This document shows, piece by piece, positions 47,436 through 56,975 of a stretch of DNA of 64,000 nucleotides (positions are counted from its first letter, which is position 1; each line of letters begins with the position of its first letter). Both the position numbers and the translations under genes were made by a program. The DNA comes from Bacteroidota bacterium (lineage in GTDB: Bacteria; Bacteroidota; Ignavibacteria; Kapaibacteriales; NICIL-2): contig JAIBAE010000004.1 in NCBI GenBank assembly GCA_019695345.1, positions 39,765 to 103,764 on the forward strand, given 5' to 3'. The notes below the pieces were generated by a model. It did not search any database. It was not told where the DNA came from and saw only the letters and a list, made by a program, of their open reading frames with translations.

Positions 47436-47663
47436 TTAGTTGTTATCGCCGCCGAACATTCCACCTAGCATGTTCGATGCCTGACCCATAATATCTCCAC
47501 CACCTTCGCCACCCGCATTACCACCAATAACATTATCTACCATGCCTTGCATACCTTCCGGAAGTTTATCTTTAATAAAACTTAAAACCGCGTTAACAGC
47601 CGATTGTGCTTGTTCATGTGATAATCCTGTTTTTTCAACAACAAAGTTGATTAGCATATCCAT
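47436..47663 (-). CDS. Small hypothetical protein with a Gly-rich C-terminus.
   Basis: The likely start is MDMLINFVVEKTGLSHEQAQSAVNAVLSFIKDKLPEGM...GGNAGGEGGGDIMGQ. The upstream part of the listed ORF overlaps an A/B element. Confidence 0.45.
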   Translation of the reverse strand: MDMLINFVVEKTGLSHEQAQSAVNAVLSFIKDKLPEGMQGMVDNVIGGNAGGEGGGDIMGQASNMLGGMFGGDNN

Positions 47664-47739
47664 TTCGTTACTCCAATAAATGTAAGGTAAATTTGTGGCG
47701 CGAAAATACAGTATGCTATACTTTTTGCAATACGGTAGT

Positions 47740-47880
47740 TTTTTGCTGTCGCCTGACCGCACCAAATCACACTTCTACAAACGCCCTTATATTGCGGGAA
47801 AGGAACACAGACTTACTTCTCTCCCGCATAGTAAGGATTATTGACTGATAACGTTCGGTGCGGTCTGGCGATAGCAAAAG
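47740..47880. repeat. Head-to-head pair of A/B elements forming a palindrome of about 140 bp.
   Basis: ttttttgctgtcgcctgaccgcacc ... attgcgggaaaggaac ... ttctctcccgca ... ggtgcggtctggcgatagcaaaag. Confidence 0.65.
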
Positions 47881-47886
47881 TTATTA

Positions 47887-48231
47887 TTATAATTGCCCAA
47901 GATGTGTATGCTTAAAGTTATCGGTGTATTTAAGTCCATAGCCCAATAGTCTATCTAAAGCCGAATGTCCTACCATTATAACTCCAGCCAACAACAGCAC
48001 CTGATGTGATAGTACAAAACCTATTAACGCAATGCCAAAGGCAATACCTTTGTGGTGTGTAAGGTTGTACGTGAACGCACCAATGCGTGTGTTAACAAGG
48101 TAGCCAATCATTCCAACATCGGGCAACAGAATACACGCTGGATACACCCACCAAGCAAATGGTAAATAGGTAAAAAGAATTATAGAAGCTATAAACTGAA
48201 CGGCTTCTTCAAGTTTTAGTAAGAGGTTCAT
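47887..48231 (-). CDS. Small integral membrane protein (DUF4260-like).
   Basis: 114 aa with three or four hydrophobic helices. Confidence 0.45.
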   Translation of the reverse strand: MNLLLKLEEAVQFIASIILFTYLPFAWWVYPACILLPDVGMIGYLVNTRIGAFTYNLTHHKGIAFGIALIGFVLSHQVLLLAGVIMVGHSALDRLLGYGLKYTDNFKHTHLGQL

Positions 48232-48233
48232 GG

Positions 48234-49538
48234 TTAGTTGAGTTGAAGTTTGCCCGCAATTAAACGTAGTTGAAGTTCGGCAGACTTTGCGGTGTACTGC
48301 GCGTTGAGTAAACGTGTGGCAGACTCAATAGTTGCATATTGAATCTGGCGCAATTCTACCGAAGTGATGGTTTGTCGTTTAAAACGCTCCAACGCAATCT
48401 GTGCATTCTCTTTTGCAAGGAGTATGTTCTGTGCTTCCAACTGCATTAGCTTTAGTGCATTGTTGTAATCGTTTTCGGCATTGGTTAATGATTGTTGTAC
48501 TTTACGTTTAATGTTATCAATCTGTAGTTGTTTGCTTTGGAGTTGTATATCCGTTACATCCAATTGTGTTTGTGTTAGTAAACCATTAAATAACGGAATG
48601 CTAATACCAACTCCTACATTTAAACCATTGGTTTGGTTTAGTAACGAGAACCCGGCGCTGTTGCTGTTTCGGTTATAGTTATATCCACCATTTATAGAAA
48701 CCGATGGTAATCCCTGCGAGGCAATTTCTCTGCGGGTTTGCAAGGCAATGGCTACATCTTGTTTGGCAAGAAGCGTAGAGTAGTTTTGCTCGGTAGCTGT
48801 GGAAGTAATACTGTTCAAATCCAAGTTCAAATCTACCATAATACTATCCTCAACATCAAGTCGCTGTGTTGGAATTCTACCAATCAGTGTATTAAGCGAT
48901 ACTTCCAATTGTGCAATGGCATTTCCTACATTATACAACGCAGAGTGTTGTTCATTCAAATCCATTTGCGCTTGCAAAAGGTCGTTCTTTGCTGCAACGC
49001 CAACATTAAACCGTGTTTGTGCAATTCGTTTACGTTCTTCTAAAACTGTAATCAGTTCCTGTGTTGCTTTTAATTGCTGGTGCAGACGTACTAACCCATA
49101 GTAGGCAAGCGATATATCAAAAATTGTTTGGCTAATACGTTGTTGTAATGAGATGTTGCTTGAGCGTTCTAACTCTTCCAACTTGCTTTTTGTGGCAAAC
49201 ATTTTCATGCCATCAAACACCTTCCAGTTTATGGTGGCAAAAGCTTGCATGGAGCTTTGTGTAACGCCACTGGTTGATACTTCGTTTCCATTAGAAAACT
49301 TCTGCTCAATACTCACTGCCGAAGTATTTCCGGTAATTCCGGCAACTGCTGTTGGGTACGCGCCCGATGTAGCCCACGAATTATTTACTTTACTTATATC
49401 CGCGTCGTTACGGGCAATTTGAACATCGTAATTATTCTTCAACCCACGCCGTATAGCATCTTCCAACGTTAGTTTATCCTGAGCGTATATAGTTGCAGTG
49501 ATTACCAGTAACAGAAAAAAGTAAATAAGTGGTTTCAT
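48234..49538 (-). CDS. TolC-like outer-membrane efflux protein (OEP family).
   Basis: Signal peptide MKPLIYFFLLLVITATIYAQ. Begins LTLEDAIRRGLKNNYDVQIA... The characteristic duplicated coiled-coil/beta architecture of about 435 aa is present. Confidence 0.75.
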   Translation of the reverse strand: MKPLIYFFLLLVITATIYAQDKLTLEDAIRRGLKNNYDVQIARNDADISKVNNSWATSGAYPTAVAGITGNTSAVSIEQKFSNGNEVSTSGVTQSSMQAFATINWKVFDGMKMFATKSKLEELERSSNISLQQRISQTIFDISLAYYGLVRLHQQLKATQELITVLEERKRIAQTRFNVGVAAKNDLLQAQMDLNEQHSALYNVGNAIAQLEVSLNTLIGRIPTQRLDVEDSIMVDLNLDLNSITSTATEQNYSTLLAKQDVAIALQTRREIASQGLPSVSINGGYNYNRNSNSAGFSLLNQTNGLNVGVGISIPLFNGLLTQTQLDVTDIQLQSKQLQIDNIKRKVQQSLTNAENDYNNALKLMQLEAQNILLAKENAQIALERFKRQTITSVELRQIQYATIESATRLLNAQYTAKSAELQLRLIAGKLQLN

Positions 49539-49560
49539 TGAATATACATGTATATAAAGT

Positions 49561-49626
49561 TTATGCTTTCGCCTGACCGCGCCAAATATACGCATAAGGA
49601 ATAACCCTTATTGTGCGGGAAAGGTG
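49561..49626 (+). repeat. Intergenic A/B element, forward copy.
   Basis: tgctttcgcctgaccgcgcc ... ttgtgcgggaaagg. Confidence 0.6.
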
Positions 49627-49746
49627 ATTCGGTAAAGAAACTACTGTTCACCGTGTAGTTGTAGAGTAAAATCAATGCTGTGCATACAGAAAAAGTTGTA
49701 GTTTAGAATCAGATATTATTTTCTCAATACTCTGACACACAACATC

Positions 49747-50265
49747 ATGAAATATCCACGTACATTATCGTCCGGTGCTAATAATACGGTGATTGTTCTT
49801 AGTGATAGTGAGGTTGGAAAGTTGTTTACCGGCGATACTCGTTCCGAAATTGGAAGTGAGGCGGAGAAAATGCAGTTCGCTAATTCCATTAACTCGTTGG
49901 TTGTTGAATTTAAGCGTCTTGAGTTTAATGAAGACCTTAACGCTGAGATGTTAGTGATGGAACGAATATATCCTTTTGACTTCCGCTCGTATGAGGTAGA
50001 AATGCGTGAGTTATGGCTTTCGGTATTTGAAGATGAACTACGTGCATTACATGCGGCCGGATTTGTTCACAGAGATTTGAAACGCCCATCGAGTATTAGT
50101 GGTTTATCGTTTGATAATATACTGCTTACCAATTCAGGGTTACGATTGATAGACGTTGGCATATCAGCACTTCGCAGACAAATAGGGGATGTGATTTTTG
50201 AAAAATATGTTGAAGTTGAATTACAGGAAATTCAAGACTTTAGAGATTACTTTTTGAACAGGTAG
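49747..50265 (+). CDS. Small atypical protein-kinase-like-fold protein.
   Basis: The catalytic-loop-like sequence FVHRDLKRP...DNILL and the DFG-like LIDVGIS are present. The hinge-like LVMERIYP is present. 172 aa, low GC. Confidence 0.45.
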   Translation: MKYPRTLSSGANNTVIVLSDSEVGKLFTGDTRSEIGSEAEKMQFANSINSLVVEFKRLEFNEDLNAEMLVMERIYPFDFRSYEVEMRELWLSVFEDELRALHAAGFVHRDLKRPSSISGLSFDNILLTNSGLRLIDVGISALRRQIGDVIFEKYVEVELQEIQDFRDYFLNR

Positions 50266-50321
50266 TTGTAACTCTTTTTCAGTTCATGGTTCTGTGGTAC
50301 CGATTACTAATACAATAAACT

Positions 50322-51308
50322 ATGAAAAAGCTAACTAAAAGAAAACCAATAGGATTCTTACCATTTAGCATAACTGCTTATTGTATTGCAGTGCTCTTAC
50401 CGATACTTGCAGTATTACATGTATTAAACCAAGCTGATTTTGTTGACCCTGCTAAAACAATTAGAAAATCTAATACCTATGCAGTACAGGCTCAATATGA
50501 TAAAGAAGATTCACGTTTTATGTGGCCTTTAAAGAGAGAGTATGCATATCACATTTCCAATAGCTATCCAGATATTTCAATATGGGAATATAAAATTGAG
50601 AATGAAGCACAAGATTTAAGAATAAAAACGAATACTATTATATTAGGAAGTAACAGGTTCACCAAACTTATATATTCAGACCATCCAAAACATAGCCAGA
50701 GCAAACTACAAAGTCATGCAATGTTGATTACTGTTTATTACAACAATACTGGTATTCACGTTTGTACCATGGATACGTTGATGCAGACATATCTACCTTC
50801 CATGCAATCACAAATGTTATATGATGTTGCAAGGTTTGTTAAACAACACAGAGCATTGTATCCAGATATATTTAGTGAAATTGTTCTATTGTATAAAGTT
50901 GCACCGGAGGTATTGTTTGGTGATGCAATGAGTTTATATGATGGCTTGTTACCGTTAGGTAACATACAAGGAGTCAAAATTCTACATTCTAATTATCTTG
51001 GAGATGTAAATACTATTATTAGAAAGATAAAGTATTATAATACAATAAAAGTAGATTCGCACTTTGATCCATATCCTAAGCCCATAAATTGTGGTTTAAT
51101 TGGGTGTTGTTGTGTTAGATTACCTGAACCTTCAAATGCAATGCTGTTATCAATGAAGTTAACTGATACACTTACTATTTTTTTGTTATCCTATTTTCTA
51201 TTACTCGTGGTGGTGGTATATCTATCCGGAAGTTTGTATTTCTTTAGAGGTAAACGAAGAACAGTTCTTCTTCATCGCCTTTCTCTCCCGCAAATTGAGG
51301 TTGTATAG
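50322..51308 (+). CDS. Hypothetical bitopic membrane protein.
   Basis: An N-terminal signal-anchor (ITAYCIAVLLPILAVLHVL) and a C-terminal transmembrane segment (LTIFLLSYFLLLVVVVYL). The CGLIGCCCV Cys cluster is notable. The final residues are encoded by an A/B element. Confidence 0.45.
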   Translation: MKKLTKRKPIGFLPFSITAYCIAVLLPILAVLHVLNQADFVDPAKTIRKSNTYAVQAQYDKEDSRFMWPLKREYAYHISNSYPDISIWEYKIENEAQDLRIKTNTIILGSNRFTKLIYSDHPKHSQSKLQSHAMLITVYYNNTGIHVCTMDTLMQTYLPSMQSQMLYDVARFVKQHRALYPDIFSEIVLLYKVAPEVLFGDAMSLYDGLLPLGNIQGVKILHSNYLGDVNTIIRKIKYYNTIKVDSHFDPYPKPINCGLIGCCCVRLPEPSNAMLLSMKLTDTLTIFLLSYFLLLVVVVYLSGSLYFFRGKRRTVLLHRLSLPQIEVV

Positions 51309-51343
51309 TGGTTGCCATTGGGCGCGGTCGGGCGATAGCAAAT
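51279..51343 (-). repeat. A/B element, reverse copy, overlapping the 3' end of the upstream CDS.
   Basis: ttctctcccgcaaa ... ggcgcggtcgggcgatagcaaa. Confidence 0.55.
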
Positions 51344-51481
51344 ACCTATATAGTACCTAAAATCCTGCCTGTAGGTAAAATCTGCTTGCATTGTTGATGT
51401 AAACGTCCTAATTTACGGTAATTCCAAAAGGGGATAGTAGCTTACCAATATTACTTTTACTTATCACACAAGAGGTACCAT

Positions 51482-52948
51482 ATGAACCGTCGTGCTTTTT
51501 TTGAGCGCATCGTTCGTGGAGGAACCCCTGCACCATTACAGATTACCGCAGGGTTAGAGCCGTACAAACCAAATGAGAATTTATCTGCCGCAGATGCCAT
51601 GCACTTGTTACGCAGAGCTACATTTGGCTATACTATGGCTGATATTACCAAAGCCAAATCCATGACGACTTCCGCAGCGGTTGAAGCATTATTTTCGGGT
51701 GAGCAATCGCCCACACCTCCTGCATGGGTAAACCTTGATCCATTAAAAGAAGATTTTTCAGATCCTAATGCCCGGCAAGCAGCATATTACCAACGCTATT
51801 ACGAAATGCAACGTTGGTGGTTTTCGTTGATGAAGAATGGCTCGTTTTCCATTTTGGAGAAGCTAACGTTTTTTTGGCATAACCACTTTTGCTCGGATTA
51901 TCTGAAGGTATATTACCCACAATATCTGTTCGCACAAAACGATGCGTTTCGCAAAAATGCCTGGGGTGATATTAAACAACTTACATCCAAAATGGTAAAT
52001 GATAACGCCATGCTTATTTACCTGGATTTAAATGCTAGTATTAAGGGTAACCCAAATGAAAATTTTGCTCGAGAACTTTTGGAGTTGTTCACGTTAGGCG
52101 TTAATCATTACACCGAAAAAGATATTGTAGAAGCTGCAAAAGCATTAACGGGCTGGCGGGTTGCTTGGCCAACAGGGACATTTAATGCACAAACGTGGGA
52201 TCCAAACGATAAAACATTTATGGGGCAAACAGGTAAATGGAATGCAACAGACGTAATCAGAATAATTTTTGAACAAGATGCATGTGCGCGATACTTTGCA
52301 ACCAAGTTCTATAAGTACTTTGTGTACGATGTCCCCGATGAAACTATTGTTACTGAACTTGCCGGTATCTTAAAGCAAAACAACTTCCAGTTAAAGCCAA
52401 TGCTAAAAGCGTTACTTGGCAGTGCGCATTTCTTTGATATGAATGTTCGAGGTGCACAGGTAAAATCACCACTTGAATTTATAGCTGGTTTTGAGCGAAA
52501 TCTTAACTATTTAACCATACCCGATGATTACGCAATTGAGCGTTCAACCCGGTTGACATTAGAGCCATTAAATCCGCCATCAGTAGAAGGATGGAAGGGA
52601 CATCACCTGTGGATTAACACAAACTCGTATCCAATTCGCGAGCGCACAGCAGAAGCTGCATTAGAAGGAAGACGGTTAGATAATAATACGGCTATGACAA
52701 CTAAACCCGATGTTATTACCTGGGCAAAACAGTTTGCTAATGTTAACGATGCACACATGTTTGTAAATGATGCAGCAAATTTCTTGTTGCCTATTCCGCC
52801 CGGAGCTAAAACACAGCAGTTGTTATTAGAAGAACTATTGCAAGGTGCGCAGGATTACGAGTGGAAGATAGATATGGCAAATGTTGAGTTCCGCTTAAAG
52901 GCATTCTTAGCAGCTGTTACTACATTACCAGAATATCAACTTAACTAA
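51482..52948 (+). CDS. DUF1800 family protein.
   Basis: 488 aa, beginning MNRRAFFERIV..., typical of DUF1800. It is followed by a DUF1501 partner, the conserved pairing. Confidence 0.65.
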   Translation: MNRRAFFERIVRGGTPAPLQITAGLEPYKPNENLSAADAMHLLRRATFGYTMADITKAKSMTTSAAVEALFSGEQSPTPPAWVNLDPLKEDFSDPNARQAAYYQRYYEMQRWWFSLMKNGSFSILEKLTFFWHNHFCSDYLKVYYPQYLFAQNDAFRKNAWGDIKQLTSKMVNDNAMLIYLDLNASIKGNPNENFARELLELFTLGVNHYTEKDIVEAAKALTGWRVAWPTGTFNAQTWDPNDKTFMGQTGKWNATDVIRIIFEQDACARYFATKFYKYFVYDVPDETIVTELAGILKQNNFQLKPMLKALLGSAHFFDMNVRGAQVKSPLEFIAGFERNLNYLTIPDDYAIERSTRLTLEPLNPPSVEGWKGHHLWINTNSYPIRERTAEAALEGRRLDNNTAMTTKPDVITWAKQFANVNDAHMFVNDAANFLLPIPPGAKTQQLLLEELLQGAQDYEWKIDMANVEFRLKAFLAAVTTLPEYQLN

Positions 52949-52970
52949 CACGCACAAGGAGAGTATAACA

Positions 52971-54545
52971 ATGAAACGCAGAGAATTTATATCTACTTCA
53001 GGGAAAACACTTGCGCTTGCAACATTAGCTACCGGATTTGGTAGTGTGCGTGTTAATGCATTAGCTGCATCGCCAAGTTTACAACAACTTCAACAACTTA
53101 CTGCCGATAGCGACCGTGTGTTTGTATTAGTACAACTAACAGGTGGTAACGATGGATTAAACACAGTAATACCCATTGAAAACCCTGTGTATTACTCATC
53201 CAGACCAAACATAGCTATACCAAAGGCACAAGCACTTCAGCTACGAACAGGTCTTGGATTACATCCTAAAATGACGGGCTTTAAACAACTGTTTGATGAT
53301 GGAAAGTTAAGTGTAGTTCAAAACGTAACGTATCCTAATCCGGACCGTTCGCACTTTCGTGGGACTGATATCTGGATGACTGCCACCGATGTTGACGTAT
53401 TTAAAACAACCGGTTGGATGGGACGTTATTTGCAAACCCTTGCACCTAACTTTCCGGATGTAATGCCGCCAGACCCTCTTGCAGTGCAGATAGGTACTTC
53501 GCTTGCGCTTGGTTTCCGTGGCGATAGAGGTTCCATGGGAATTACCTTCCGCGACCCCGATGCGTTTTATTCATCGGTTGACCAAACAAACAACGCCGGA
53601 AGTTATGATGCATCGCCCGATACTTTAGGTGGCGATGAATTAGACTTTGTACGCAGTATCGAAAAAGCATCACAAGTTTATTCAACTGCTGTAAAACGTG
53701 CGGCTGATAACGTAAAACAAAATAAGGTAACCTATCCAAATAACAACCCACTTGCCCAGAGTTTAAAGATTGTTGCGCGGTTAGTTGCAGGTGGATTAAA
53801 AACTAAATTCTATTTGGTTAATATTACCAATACCTCATTTGATACACACATAGACCAAGGAGCAGTTGATGGCGCACATCCAACCTTACTTAACTATTTA
53901 AGCGAAGGCATTAAACTCTTTATGGATGATTGCGAACAACTTGGAATTGGGGATAGAGTTGCGGGTATGACGTTTTCGGAATTTGGACGACGAGTGCAAG
54001 AGAATGGAAGTCGTGGAACAGACCACGGAACCGCTGCGCCATTGTTTGTATTTGGTAAGAATGTGATTGGTGGCAAGGTACATGGTCACGACCCGGATTT
54101 AACAAATCTCGATAACCGTGGCGATTTACTCATGGAGTTTGATTACCGTCAGGTCTATGCGGCATCGTTGCTGCAATGGTTTGGAGTTCCGGCAAATGAT
54201 ACTCAATCAATTCTCTACCGTGAGTTTAGTGCATTGCCATTGTTTAAGGAAATTGCCGCGGGAGTTGATGACAACAATGAAATATTATCATCGAGTATGT
54301 ACAACGCACCTAATCCTTGCGATGAGCTTACAGTTATCAACTACCTTGTACCGCAAACAAGCGATGTTTCTGTTTCTCTGCACGATATTCGTGGCGAACA
54401 ACTACAAGTTATCTTTAGCGGAGCTCAGGAGATGGGAGTTCATTCCGTTACAGCGCGCACGGCACATTTGGCTGCCGGAACTTATTTCTATAAGGTACGT
54501 GTGGGGCGTTGGGAACAAATGAAAGCCCTGAGTGTAGTTCGGTAA
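52971..54545 (+). CDS. DUF1501 family protein (sulfatase-like fold) with a twin-arginine signal and a T9SS-type C-terminal domain.
   Basis: The N-terminus MKRREFISTSGKTLALATLATGFG matches the Tat motif RRxF. The DUF1501-like core includes FDTHIDQG... The C-terminal 80 aa (LTVINYLVPQTSDVSVSLHDIRGEQLQV...YFYKVRVGRWEQMKALSVVR) are CTD-like. Confidence 0.7.
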   Translation: MKRREFISTSGKTLALATLATGFGSVRVNALAASPSLQQLQQLTADSDRVFVLVQLTGGNDGLNTVIPIENPVYYSSRPNIAIPKAQALQLRTGLGLHPKMTGFKQLFDDGKLSVVQNVTYPNPDRSHFRGTDIWMTATDVDVFKTTGWMGRYLQTLAPNFPDVMPPDPLAVQIGTSLALGFRGDRGSMGITFRDPDAFYSSVDQTNNAGSYDASPDTLGGDELDFVRSIEKASQVYSTAVKRAADNVKQNKVTYPNNNPLAQSLKIVARLVAGGLKTKFYLVNITNTSFDTHIDQGAVDGAHPTLLNYLSEGIKLFMDDCEQLGIGDRVAGMTFSEFGRRVQENGSRGTDHGTAAPLFVFGKNVIGGKVHGHDPDLTNLDNRGDLLMEFDYRQVYAASLLQWFGVPANDTQSILYREFSALPLFKEIAAGVDDNNEILSSSMYNAPNPCDELTVINYLVPQTSDVSVSLHDIRGEQLQVIFSGAQEMGVHSVTARTAHLAAGTYFYKVRVGRWEQMKALSVVR

Positions 54546-54559
54546 TACAACGCACATCT

Positions 54560-54600
54560 AAATATAAAGCCGTGGTAATTATACTACGGCTTTTTTTATT
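54560..54600 (+). terminator. Rho-independent terminator.
   Basis: aaagccgtggtaattatactacggcttttttta. Confidence 0.65.
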
Positions 54601-54826
54601 GGTGAATCCCGCCTCTGCCGAAGCGAGCAATACTGCGCCGCAACTCGGTCGGGTAAAAACGTTGCAGCACCGCAGGGAATTCCCTCTGTCCTTCGGACAT
54701 CTCCCTTTACCAAAGGGAGAAAAGATATCTTTGTATAATTTAGAGTTAAACAATTGTCCCCTTTAGTAAAGGGGGCGGATTCTCGCGCAGTGAGAATCGG
54801 GGGAATCCACAGTAACAGCATGTATT

Positions 54827-55213
54827 ATGTCGAAATTTGTTGTAGGCAAATACCACTTACCGTATAATCCCAATCTGAAGGAGAAGGCAAGAGAACTACG
54901 AAATAACATGACAGAGACAGAACGTATAGTTTGGAAGCATTGTTTGCAAAAGTTTAGAATACCTGTTCTTCGCCAACGGCCAATTGATAATTACATTGTT
55001 GACTTTTACATTGCATCGCATAAACTTGTGATTGAGATTGATGGCGTACAACACTCTACCGAATCAGGTAAGGAATATGATGAAAACAGAACAAACATCC
55101 TTGCAGGATACGGACTTACAGTTCTACGATTTACGAATGCAGATGTGTTATCTAACTTACAATCAGTATGTTCTGTAATATCACATACAATTACCAACGA
55201 AATCATAACATAA
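54827..55213 (+). CDS. DUF559/Vsr-like endonuclease-domain protein.
   Basis: RELRNNMTETERIVWKHCLQKFRIPVLRQRPIDNYIVDFY...VIEIDGVQH...RTNILAGYGLTVLRF matches the DUF559 consensus. Confidence 0.7.
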   Translation: MSKFVVGKYHLPYNPNLKEKARELRNNMTETERIVWKHCLQKFRIPVLRQRPIDNYIVDFYIASHKLVIEIDGVQHSTESGKEYDENRTNILAGYGLTVLRFTNADVLSNLQSVCSVISHTITNEIIT

Positions 55214-55425
55214 GAACACTTTTTTACTATTGCGCAGCACTTCGCCGGGTTCGCGCCGGGTCTGCGCGCTGGAAGGGTTGTTGCGGCAGATAAGAGTACC
55301 CAAAAATCTTCTACCGATACAGGTTCTTTCTGTTGGGTAAAAAGCATTATCTTTGTATGCTTGTTTGTTAGGGGACGTAACTACAGGCATTCCCACGTAA
55401 GTTTAACTTTACTTATAGCAACATT

Positions 55426-56511
55426 ATGTTTCAAGACTTAGAAATGTACGGGCATGAGCAAGTTGTTTTTTGTTCAGACCCAAAAAGCGGATTAAAAGCG
55501 ATTATTGGAATCCACGACACCACGTTGGGTCCGGCACTTGGCGGTACACGTATGTGGAATTATGCCTCTGATGCCGAAGCTATCACCGATGTTTTACGTT
55601 TATCACGCGGTATGACCTATAAAGCGGCTGTTGCCGGGTTAAACTTAGGTGGCGGTAAAGCAGTAATTATTGGCGATGCAAAGACACAAAAATCAGAAGC
55701 GCTATGGCGTTCGTATGGAAGATTTGTTGAAACATTACGCGGACGTTACATAACAGCAGAAGATGTTAACACATCAGTTGCCGATATGGAGTATATCCGT
55801 ATGGAAACGCGATTTGTTACTGGTGTTGCGGGAAGTGGCGGAAGCGGTGACCCTTCGCCATATACAGCGCTTGGCGTGTATTGCGGAATGAAAGCTTCTG
55901 CAAAAGCGCAATACGGTAATGATTCTTTAGCAGGTAAACGCGTTGTTGTTCAGGGTGCAGGAAACGTTGCAAAACACCTGGTAGGACATTTGGTTCAGGA
56001 AGGTGCAACAGTTTTTGTTACTGATATTTTTGAAGACAAAGCTCGTGCGGTATGTGCTGAATACGGTGCAACATATATTACACCCGATGAAGTCTATGGT
56101 TTTGATTGTGATATCTTCTCGCCAAATGCGTTGGGCGCAATTATTAACGATGATACAATCTCCCAACTAAAATGTGCAGTAGTTGCCGGAGGTGCTAACA
56201 ACCAATTAAAAGATGAAAAAGTACACGGTGAAGCATTAAAAGCACGTAACATAATTTACGCACCCGATTATGTTATCAACGCCGGTGGTTTGATTAACGT
56301 TTGTTCCGAAATTGAAAACTGGGGACGCGAGCAAGTTAAACGCAAAGTTGAAGGTATCTACGATACACTTATCAAAATTTACGATACAGCTAAAACTCAC
56401 AACATTTTATCGGTGGAAGCATCCAACAAAATTGCAGAAGAACGCATTGCTGCAGTTCGCCATATACATGGTAGCTTTATGGGGGTTCCAAATATTCGCG
56501 GCGGAAACTAA
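55426..56511 (+). CDS. Glu/Leu/Phe/Val dehydrogenase family protein (leucine/valine dehydrogenase-like).
   Basis: GGGK catalytic-lysine context (LNLGGGKAVIIGD), Rossmann VVVQGAGNVAKHL, and a length of 361 aa. Confidence 0.85.
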   Translation: MFQDLEMYGHEQVVFCSDPKSGLKAIIGIHDTTLGPALGGTRMWNYASDAEAITDVLRLSRGMTYKAAVAGLNLGGGKAVIIGDAKTQKSEALWRSYGRFVETLRGRYITAEDVNTSVADMEYIRMETRFVTGVAGSGGSGDPSPYTALGVYCGMKASAKAQYGNDSLAGKRVVVQGAGNVAKHLVGHLVQEGATVFVTDIFEDKARAVCAEYGATYITPDEVYGFDCDIFSPNALGAIINDDTISQLKCAVVAGGANNQLKDEKVHGEALKARNIIYAPDYVINAGGLINVCSEIENWGREQVKRKVEGIYDTLIKIYDTAKTHNILSVEASNKIAEERIAAVRHIHGSFMGVPNIRGGN

Positions 56512-56567
56512 ACAGATTTTTTATGCCCTCTTGGCATATGCTAAGGGGGCTTTTTTTGTTTAAACCT

Positions 56568-56909
56568 ATGGCATACGATAAACACTTAGCCGGAAGAATC
56601 ACCGATTGCCTGTCGCACATCCAACTGCTGGAAGAAAAGAAGATGTTTGGTGGTGTTGGTTTTATGGTAAACGAAAAACTTTCCGTCGGTGTAATGAATG
56701 ATGAAATGATTGTTCGGTGCGGACCGGAAATTACCGATGACTTGCTTACACAACAGGGAGTGCGTCCGTTTGACTTTACCGGTAAGCCCATGAAAAATTG
56801 GGTAGTAGTGCATCCATCTATTCTTAAAACCGATGCGCAGTTGCAAGAGTGGATTAACATCGCATTAGACTACAACAAAAAAGCAAAGAAAAGTAAAAAG
56901 AAAAAGTAA
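56568..56909 (+). CDS. TfoX N-terminal domain protein.
   Basis: The likely start is MAYDKHLAGRITDCL...EKKMFGGVGFMVNEKLSVGV, matching TfoX_N. The C-terminus is Lys-rich. Confidence 0.55.
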   Translation: MAYDKHLAGRITDCLSHIQLLEEKKMFGGVGFMVNEKLSVGVMNDEMIVRCGPEITDDLLTQQGVRPFDFTGKPMKNWVVVHPSILKTDAQLQEWINIALDYNKKAKKSKKKK

Positions 56910-56975
56910 CTGCTATCGCCAGACCGCACCAAACCTTGCATTACAGTCCATCCACACTTTTGCGGGAAGAAACGT
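56910..56975 (+). repeat. Intergenic A/B element, forward copy, between convergent genes.
   Basis: ctgctatcgccagaccgcaccaaa ... ttttgcgggaagaaacg. Confidence 0.6.

Noticed and set aside
47664-47765. An N-terminal extension of the small protein (MVRSGDSKKLPYCKK...) to the ORF start at 47765.
   Set aside because: The extension is encoded by the A/B element itself (ggtgcggtcaggcgacagcaaaaaa). The internal Met at 47663 gives a compact protein and leaves the element intergenic.
54448-54821. ORFs 54448..54753(-), 54509..54766(+) and 54579..54821(-).
   Set aside because: They overlap each other within a hairpin-rich non-coding block. Their composition is that of structured DNA and not of coding sequence.
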